DNA of 25,277 nucleotides from Macrostomum lignano (Eukaryota): NCBI GenBank assembly GCA_002269645.1, contig NIVC01005131.1, positions 1 to 25,277 of the forward strand, read 5' to 3'. Shown piece by piece: positions 18,522 to 25,277 of this stretch (position 1 is its first letter; each line of letters starts with the position of its first letter). The notes under the pieces were generated by a model. It saw only the letters and a program-made list of their open reading frames with translations, ran no database searches and was not told where the DNA came from. The position numbers and the translations under genes were made by a program.

Positions 18522-19435
18522 TTAAGTTAAGTCGTCCTGATAGCCATGTCTCATCAACTGAAAGTGCCTTTCTATGTCCTTGTAAAAGGACTTAATAATG
18601 ACAGTAACCTGGCGCTCAACATCGATGGTGTAAAATTCGCCGTACGCACTACCACTGCACACACAACTAGAGCGAAAATGGTAACAAGTCAGACACACTT
18701 CGAAGCAGCTCATCCACGCCCTGGAATCCTCGATTTCAGAATAAACGGTTCCCTTTGAAGTCCTCGAATCAACTGGAAAATTAGCCCCAAAAAGTTGGCT
18801 AGCTTCAGATTTCTCTAAGCGCTACTTTGGTCATGTTGCACGAAATTTGCAGAAGAAGGAAAGCCGCAGCAAAAACGATTCGCTTGTTACAACCGGAGGG
18901 GACATTCTTAAACAAAGTCAACTGTTCGTCGAAGCTTACATCAGCTCCGCCTCCATGGTCGAAGTCTTCGTCTTCGCGTTCGTAGGCCTTTGTCCGGTTG
19001 TCCGGTTCCTTAGTCCGAATGTCATCAGCTCCAGAGTCCTCCGCCAGTTGACCGCCACCGTAGGTTGCAGTCTGCGATAAAACAGCGAGGCAAAAGGCAA
19101 TTTCGTTTCGTGTGAGTGTTATATTATTATTATCATTTGCAGAAAAGAGGAAAATACGACAAAGAGAGAGAAAACAGTTACAGAATTAGGATTGACTGGC
19201 TCCTTAGGTTCAAGGCTCGTTGCAGACTGGTCCTGGCTATCTTCACAGTCTTGTGACTCCCACACTTACTCCAAAGTCGGCCGAGCACAGACTCGTTTGT
19301 AGCGCTGCGGAAACATCGTTGTTGGGGAAGCTGAAAATGTAAAATAGAGATCGTAAACTGAAGTAAAATAGTGAAAAACGAGGGTTGGGGAGCAAGTGGA
19401 AATGGAGGAGAGTCGAGTTGGTCGACTTGGCTGTG
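18522..19435 (-). mobile_element. Second EnSpm/CACTA-type element: 5' terminus and truncated transposase N-terminus
   Basis: The minus strand starts CACAGCCAAGTCGAC at 19435. ATG at 19316; in-frame GT-AG intron 19072-19181; acidic region; then LLLQISCNMTKVALREI/LKLANFLG/ANFP..CLTCYHFRSSCVC..FYTIDVERQV, the usual N-terminal helix plus zinc-finger pattern of these transposases. Confidence 0.65.
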
Positions 19436-19660
19436 AAAGAGAACAATGGAATTGTTATCACTGCTCTTCAATATGGAACTCTATATCCGATGTTTGGCGC
19501 TGATGTGTCTGCCAGACAAATGCCTACTGATAACAGCCCTGTGAATATTGTGACTAACATTGAGAGGACTGTCGCAACACCCGTGGACCTGTACATTATC
19601 TATGCATTTGAGAGGAAGGTGAAGCTTAACATGATCGACAATTCATCCAGTGAAGTTTAA
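19436..19660 (+). pseudogene. C-terminal fragment of a Polinton/adintovirus-like major capsid protein
   Basis: KENNGIVITALQYGTLYPMFGADVSARQMPTDNSPVNIVTNIERTVATPVDLYIIYAFERKVKL fits the MCP tail pattern (YP.F..D.S..V.I..LY.I..ER) and lies just upstream of the penton gene. Confidence 0.6.
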
Positions 19661-19679
19661 AAAAATTTTAGGACAAAAA

Positions 19680-20572
19680 ATGGAAGCGATTGCTGAAAGA
19701 CTAAATAATATTATTTCTCACTCTAAGGAGAGCAATCCTATTACAATAACTGGGCGAATTAATGACTCAAACAAGATATTTGTTCAAAAATTAGAGCAGG
19801 CGGTTCGCCTGGATCCAGGTGCTTATTACCATGTCTATCTTAACGACTTCACTGGTTGATCAAACGTTCCCAATGTGACGGCAGCAAATAATAAGTTTTA
19901 TTACTAATGGAAAGGTGCGGCAGCAGAACCTGTGGTATTCCCTGTGAGCACGCAAAGTGTGGATACCTACAATTACTTTCTAGAAAACGTCTTTACTAAA
20001 AGAGGCCATTTTGAGACACCTGATCCGATTAAGCCAGAACTGTTCCCTGTCAAACTAGCCTATGATCTCACTGTAATGAGAGTGGTCATGCAAGTTCACA
20101 AAGATGCGGAGGTTGAGTTTAAAGATGACACTTAGTATAGGGAATTGGGATTCGAAAAGAAAGTTAATAAGGTAAAATCCACGGCGCGGACCGGCACTCA
20201 AGCGCCGAAATCATCGGGGGTCGTTTGCATGGCCCGGGAAAGTGTAAGCGGTTTGTTCTTAGCACCCAATATTGCAGACATTGTAAAGGGTTTGAATATT
20301 TTAATCAGAAGATTAGAATCTCAGTCTAGATCTCAGATCTCAGTCTAGATTGGGTATTTAAGGGAAAGCGAACGAATATTTTGTACAACATCTCTAACTC
20401 TGTAGCTGGAGGACAAATACTGGTAGAGAAACCAAATCCAGTGAAAAGAGTTGCAGCATTGAGTAATAAGGAGATTCACGAGATTGTGCTACAGTTTGAG
20501 ACTGAAGATGGGGTGGGCGTTGATTTCAACGGTGAAGAGTTTTTACTGCTGTTGATAATTGAGAGAATATGA
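19680..20572 (+). pseudogene. Polinton/adintovirus-like minor capsid (penton) pseudogene
   Basis: YLNDFTG*SNVPNVTAANNKFYY*..LGF..APNIADIVKGLNILI/..ILYNISNSVAGGQILVEKPNP..IHEIVLQFETEDGVGVDFNGEEFLLLLII. Three in-frame stops (19857, ~19906, 20133), then a short duplication and frameshift near 20320-20360. Confidence 0.82.
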
Positions 20573-20579
20573 GAAATCA

Positions 20580-21433
20580 CAATTGTCTAATGATTTCTGC
20601 AAAGTTATAGTAGTGTGCTAGCCCTTGTGGTTCCTACTGAAATTATCTCACCAATTTGCTGCAGTTCTTTAGTTCTAATCTCCCTATCCTATAAATTGTC
20701 ACTAATATATCTACTTTGAGTAGCGTTCGCAGCCCTAATCTATTACTCTCTCCTAGAAACTTCTAATTTCACACGGCTTCCTAGAAACCTTGTGATAGCG
20801 TGTAGTGCCCGAGCGGTAAGACACTGTCTAATTCCTTAATTCAGTCCGAAAGCCTAGCGTTTTCCGAGGATCAAGGGTGTCCAGCGGCAACTAACCTACG
20901 TCCCTAATATCTAATCTCCTAGTGCCTAATGTCTATTGTTAGCCTGTACGGCTTTCTTAGGGTCTGTACGACCTCAAGATCCCCACCTTTAACCTCTATT
21001 CTGGGTCTTTACGACCTCAAATTTCCCTATTCCAGATACCTAGTTCTGGGTCTCCACGACCTCTGACTGCCGTCTCTAGAATCCTGGTCTTGGGTCTCCA
21101 CGACCTCTGGTTTTCCTATCTAGAATCCTGGTCTAGGGTCTCCACGACCTCTGGTTTTACTTTTTATGAAAGAAATAGCGAGATAAGTCTTAGCCAAAAA
21201 CTTCAAGTTTGCTTACTAAGAGTTCTCGATAGTTAATCAGGTAACACCAGGTCAATTTTTTTTGGCCAACTCGCCTCCTTTTATACTAAATTTTGGGAAA
21301 AATGGGGGACGCATTCAAACAAAAAGGCAAGATTCAAACAAACAAAAATTCAAACAAAATGAGATATTTAAACAAATTTGAACAGGGAATTCTATGATTG
21401 GTTGGAAAATTAAACGCTAAGTTAGCTACTACG
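20580..21433 (-). mobile_element. LTR-like block (possible solo or partial LTR)
   Basis: Minus strand: (C)GTAGTAGC start, CCAAT, TTTGTTT repeats, TATAAAAGG (21277-21285), and a motif shared with the LTR-like sequence at 16389-16410. No TSD or clear PBS. Confidence 0.35.
20961..21154. repeat. Five diverged ~44-bp repeats with conserved core GGGTCTCCACGACCTC
   Basis: Cores near 20961, 21003, 21049, 21092 and 21136; the intervening sequences are partly related. Confidence 0.75.
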
Positions 21434-21557
21434 AGTACTATAGTCATAATATACACACCCTACCTCAGTAGCTGTCGTAATCTTTCATGTTGGGGTTGGG
21501 GATTGGCGGCTGTTTAGGAGAAGGGTGGGCTTTGTATTGCATGCGCCAAGTAAATAA

Positions 21558-21585
21558 CTAGTGAATGAAGACGCTGTCGTCTTCA
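21558..21585 (-). other. Hairpin followed by CTAG-T; possible Helitron 3' end
   Basis: Minus strand TGAAGACG-ACAG-CGTCTTCA TTCA CTAG|T. No 5' end or Rep/helicase seen. Confidence 0.25.
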
Positions 21586-22330
21586 AAGGTGGGACGATGG
21601 TTTTAATGTTTGTAACTTTTATGGCCATGACCTGTTTATTAAACCCAAATTAAGAACTTAAATAAAAAGCTATATTGTGTTTTTATCTTTTATGGCTATG
21701 ACATATGAAGAACTAAAAATCTTAGTTATAGGCTATGTCTATAATTTAATTTAAACAAAGTTTATACAAAACTGTTGAAATATAATAATAAATATTAAAT
21801 TAATAAATAAATGCAGTTCCTACACTACTTAGTAACAGCATTTAGCATTATTAATATTATTTATTACTCAACTCATTTTACAAAACTTAAAGTACTCGAT
21901 AAATAAAAAATTGCAAAATATAGTACTGTAAAGATTCAAACTAAAAAAAGAGTGCATAAAGCAAATTAATATTTACAACAATAAATAACTATTCGTATAA
22001 ATTACTAGCAGTACCCCCCTAAGATAAAAAGGCGGACAACAGTTAAAACAAAGTTGACAGTTGTTTGATATTTTAGAAGATTGCATTTAAAACAAAAAAT
22101 ACGTTACAACTAAAACATTTATAGCAAACTGCTGTAAGTAGTACGTACTGGATAAGAAAAAAATTGCACAATTTAACAGCAAATAGGAAAAAAAGAATTT
22201 TTGTGTCCCTTTTTATTAAATTAAATGCCAAGAAAGTGGGTTTCGGACATAGAAAAAACATTGAAACAGACGCTTAGTTTAACTGACCTATGAGTTTAGC
22301 CCGCTAATTGCGTTGGCATTAAGTAAACAA

Positions 22331-24664
22331 CAAGGACAACTTGATAACTCAGGACCGGAAACGGCCAATTCATGGCGAAAAAGTATGAGGCTCGTTTAAA
22401 AGCATTGTTCTATGGCCCATCCAAAGCTACGAAAGCGAAGAAATCTGAGCTGAAAATTGAGTTCTTCGCATGCACTTGCAATTGAGAGAGAGAAATTTTA
22501 TTCTCGCTGAAACTAAATATCATGCCGAGAAAATGCAGCGTCATTTTTTGTTGTGCAAATTACAATAGTAACCGTGATCGGAATGTTGCAGTATTTTCGT
22601 TTCCTAAGGATGCAACAACTGAACGAGAGGCTTGGCGGCTGTCACTGCCTAATCAACTGACGGTAAGACTTTCTACAAATGTGCTTTGTGAATCAGATTT
22701 AGCCTGGCCCCATGAATTCATTAACAATTTTGTTGTTGTTTAGACCGTGACAGACTACATGGGCGTGTGTGCTAAGCACTGGCCTCAAGATGCACCAATG
22801 ATAAAAAAGGGAAGAAATGAAAGGCCGCTACATCCACCATCAGTTTTCGACGGAGTCCCGCAGTCCTGCCTCGTTCAAACACAAAGTTTGTGAAGTTCTA
22901 CTGCTTTAATTTTAATATTCGAGCGCATTTGCACTCAATCAAATAGGGTCGAAACGAAACACTAAGATGCGTGCTTGGATATTGCAGTGCGTGCCAGTCG
23001 ACAGGCTGAGGGAAGGGGCGTGCTGTTGTCCGAACGATGCCTTTTCCACGATGAACTAGTAGAATTTCGAGAGCGTGACACGCTGCCATCGTGGACTGAA
23101 TTCCGAGCATCCATTCACTGTTCAGACGTCATCAAAGCATATCAGCTTATTGTTACCATTGTTCAAGAGGAGGTGTTTATCTTCTCGTTAAGCGCCAATG
23201 CCGAAATGGTTCTGCGGGTTTTCGTTTCACCAAACTATTCCGTGCGATGCTTTCGGTTAAATTCTGGAAAATTGTGAACTGCAAGAACCCGCATCTTCAT
23301 GTTAGACTTAATGACCCAGACAGACGGGCTGTCTATTCAGTTCAAGATCCAAACATCAAGTTCCTGCGTGCGCTTTGCGAATTGATTGAGGAGATGCGCA
23401 GTGGAAAGGGAAGAACAAGACACCAATCTCTGATGTCAGAGACGAAGAGGTCATTAGCTTACACTATTCATGCAATCATAGAACTACGAGTATGCGAACG
23501 ACTGCTCTGCGAATCTGGTGCAACGTACATTCTCATAGCGGAGTTGCAAAGTGATCCTCTGGAAGCAGAATTTGGTGTTTATCGCCAAATGAGCGGAGGC
23601 AATTACTTTATCTCAGTAGAGCAAGTTCTTCTCAGCGCTCGACTCCGACGAATGAAACTCTACACTGTGTTAGAGCTGGATGAATTCGTGCACAACAAAG
23701 GACTTTGCTGCGACACGCCCCTTTCAGACGAAGAAAATTCGACGCTCGATGACTGCTACGTAAAAGCTGAGAGCCTATCAATGGCCGAAAAGGCATCTGT
23801 TTATTATATTGCAGGTAAGGCATGCATTTGTGTTACTTGAACTTGGATGGAAATAACGATTGCTGAGGCGAAGGACAACTTAGGCATAATAATAACATTT
23901 CAGGCTACATAACGTTTAAGGAGAAAATTGCCGGTGATGATCCTGCCGAAACTTTAAACACCCCACTCGGTGAATTCACTGAAATGATTTCCCGGGGAAA
24001 GTTGAAGCACCCGCCAAAGTGGCTGTTCAATTTTGCTTGCCTTTGTTTCGGATGCTTCATTTCGCTGCGATCACCGTCATGTGCTTTGCGAGTGCGCAAA
24101 TTGTTTGCTGCCGTTGGCGAGTTTTACTTCCCTGAAGCAGATGTTCTGGGATGCTGCGTGCGCCTCACCAACTGTTTCTTCAAGGGTTATGTTCAACGAG
24201 GAGCAAAGAGCGCTCCTTCGCCGGATAAAGTGCACGATAGAAAAATACTGAAGCTGAGTGGACAGTGAGCGAACCTGGAGCAAACACTTCACTATTTATC
24301 ATGGTCAGCTCTTGTCCCGTTCTGTGACTGTTACGAGCTATTTTCCTCTCTGTTTGTAGTTCAGATAAAGAAAAAATCGTAAATTTTTCTCGAGTTTCCT
24401 TATACATGTGCTGCATGTACAGCTTTCCCATTGTGTATTTTCACGACGGTTACTTTATGCAATCAAACTTCAACATTCAAGAAAACCGACCCTGCACCCG
24501 CCTTCTGACTGCCTATCAAAAAGTCAAATATGATACGCGTATACATTGGCAACTGAAAGCATGCGCATACGGATGGGCCATAGAACAATGCTTTTAAACG
24601 AGCCTCATACTTTTTTCGCCATGAATTGGCTCGTTTCCGGTCCTGAGTTATAAAGTTTTCCTTG
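22331..24664 (+). mobile_element. P-element (THAP9-like) DNA transposon with both ends, internally deleted
   Basis: TIRs 22331-22422 and 24571-24664 begin CAAGG (2 mismatches, 2 single-base indels). Perfect 8-bp TSD GTAAACAA at 22323-22330 and 24665-24672. Confidence 0.95.
22522..24268 (+). pseudogene. Spliced P-element transposase remnant (THAP domain and C-terminal part; central core missing)
   Basis: THAP: MPRKCSVIFC..VFSFP..AW../..VCAKHW..PSVF across intron 22663-22743. C-terminal part: LQSDPLEAEFGVYRQMSGGNY, YIAG|YI across intron 23815-23903, SRGKLKHP. An abrupt frame junction at ~23262 removes the central catalytic/GTP-binding region. Confidence 0.9.
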
Positions 24665-24775
24665 GTAAACAATTAAAGATGCTTTATATATTTAGAGCAT
24701 AAAAACATTTCAATATTTCAATTTTAATTCAAGTGGGAACGCAAAACGGAGTCAACAGAATGAATGAACCACTTC

Positions 24776-24992
24776 CTAGAATCGCTCATAAACCATCTTT
24801 ATAATCGTCATAAACCACCACTAGAATCGCTAATAAACCACCCCTAGAATTGCTAATAAACCACCCCTGAGTCGCTCATAAACCACCCCTAGAATCGGTC
24901 ATAAACCACCCCTAGACTCGGTCATAAACCACCCCTAGACTCGGTCAAAAACCACCCTAGAATCGGTCATAAACCACCTCTAGAATCGCTAA
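24776..24992. repeat. Minisatellite, ~24-bp unit CTAGAATCGCTCATAAACCACCCC, ~9 copies
   Basis: Tandem copies read directly. Confidence 0.9.
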
Positions 24993-25029
24993 TCAATACA
25001 GTGCCAACACTATTGCACAACGCACCTAC

Positions 25030-25277
25030 CCCAGCACAGCCCTAGCCCCAGCCCAGCCCAGCCCCAGCCCAGTCCCAGAATTATGAGAGCAGCAGCAGCA
25101 GCAGCAGACGTCGGGACGGCAGGAGCAGTCGGGACGGCAGAGCACTCGGGACGGCAGAACAGTCGGACGGGAGCGACGCACGTGGACGGCGGAGCAGTCG
25201 GGACGGCAGGAGCAGTCGGGACGGCAGGAGCAGTCGGACGGCAGGAGCAGCCGCAGCTGGAGTAGCTGCCGCACGGG
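25030..25277. repeat. GC-rich simple and 18-bp repeats (CCCAG(C)n, CAG run, GCAGTCGGGACGGCAGGA), running to the window edge
   Basis: Tandem copies read directly. Confidence 0.8.

Noticed and set aside
19385-19435. N-terminus (MGSKWKWRRVELVDLAV) of the 91-aa ORF as part of the capsid protein
   Set aside because: It is read-through from the opposite-strand CACTA terminus; capsid-like sequence starts at 19436.
20961-21154. CRISPR-like look: conserved 16-bp repeats with ~28-bp spacers
   Set aside because: The spacers are related to each other, the repeats are short and drift, there are no cas genes, and the context is eukaryotic.
25026-25274. ORFs with PDCSCR / AVGTAG repeats
   Set aside because: They are translations of the 18-bp tandem repeat, with no independent coding evidence.

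Overview
Animal-type (probably invertebrate) repeat-rich DNA with short GT-AG introns. I recognise no intact host gene; the window is a nested set of decayed mobile elements. From left to right: (1) a foldback MITE with a 9-bp TSD; (2) a compact, intronless, co-oriented minus-strand cluster of small virus-like ORFs (~1.7-4.6 kb) headed by a frameshifted bacterial-style Fic/AMPylase gene (HPFSDGNGRTAR); (3) a GC-rich repeat block and a minisatellite; (4) hAT-type element ends; (5) a spliced EnSpm/CACTA transposase pseudogene with a divergent companion ORF; (6) a 1.7-kb 21-bp satellite with a 399-bp higher-order duplication; (7) two LTR-retrotransposon 5' remnants with tRNA-Leu primer-binding sites; (8) BEN-like and coiled-coil exon remnants; (9) a second CACTA 5' end abutting a Polinton/adintovirus-like capsid module (major-capsid C-terminus plus penton pseudogene); (10) an LTR-like block; (11) an internally deleted P-element with both ends, 92/94-bp TIRs and a perfect 8-bp TSD; (12) terminal minisatellites. 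The best novelty candidate is the Fic-bearing virus-like cluster, possibly the accessory module of a Polinton-like endogenous virus. All family calls come from motif recognition by eye, with no database searches.
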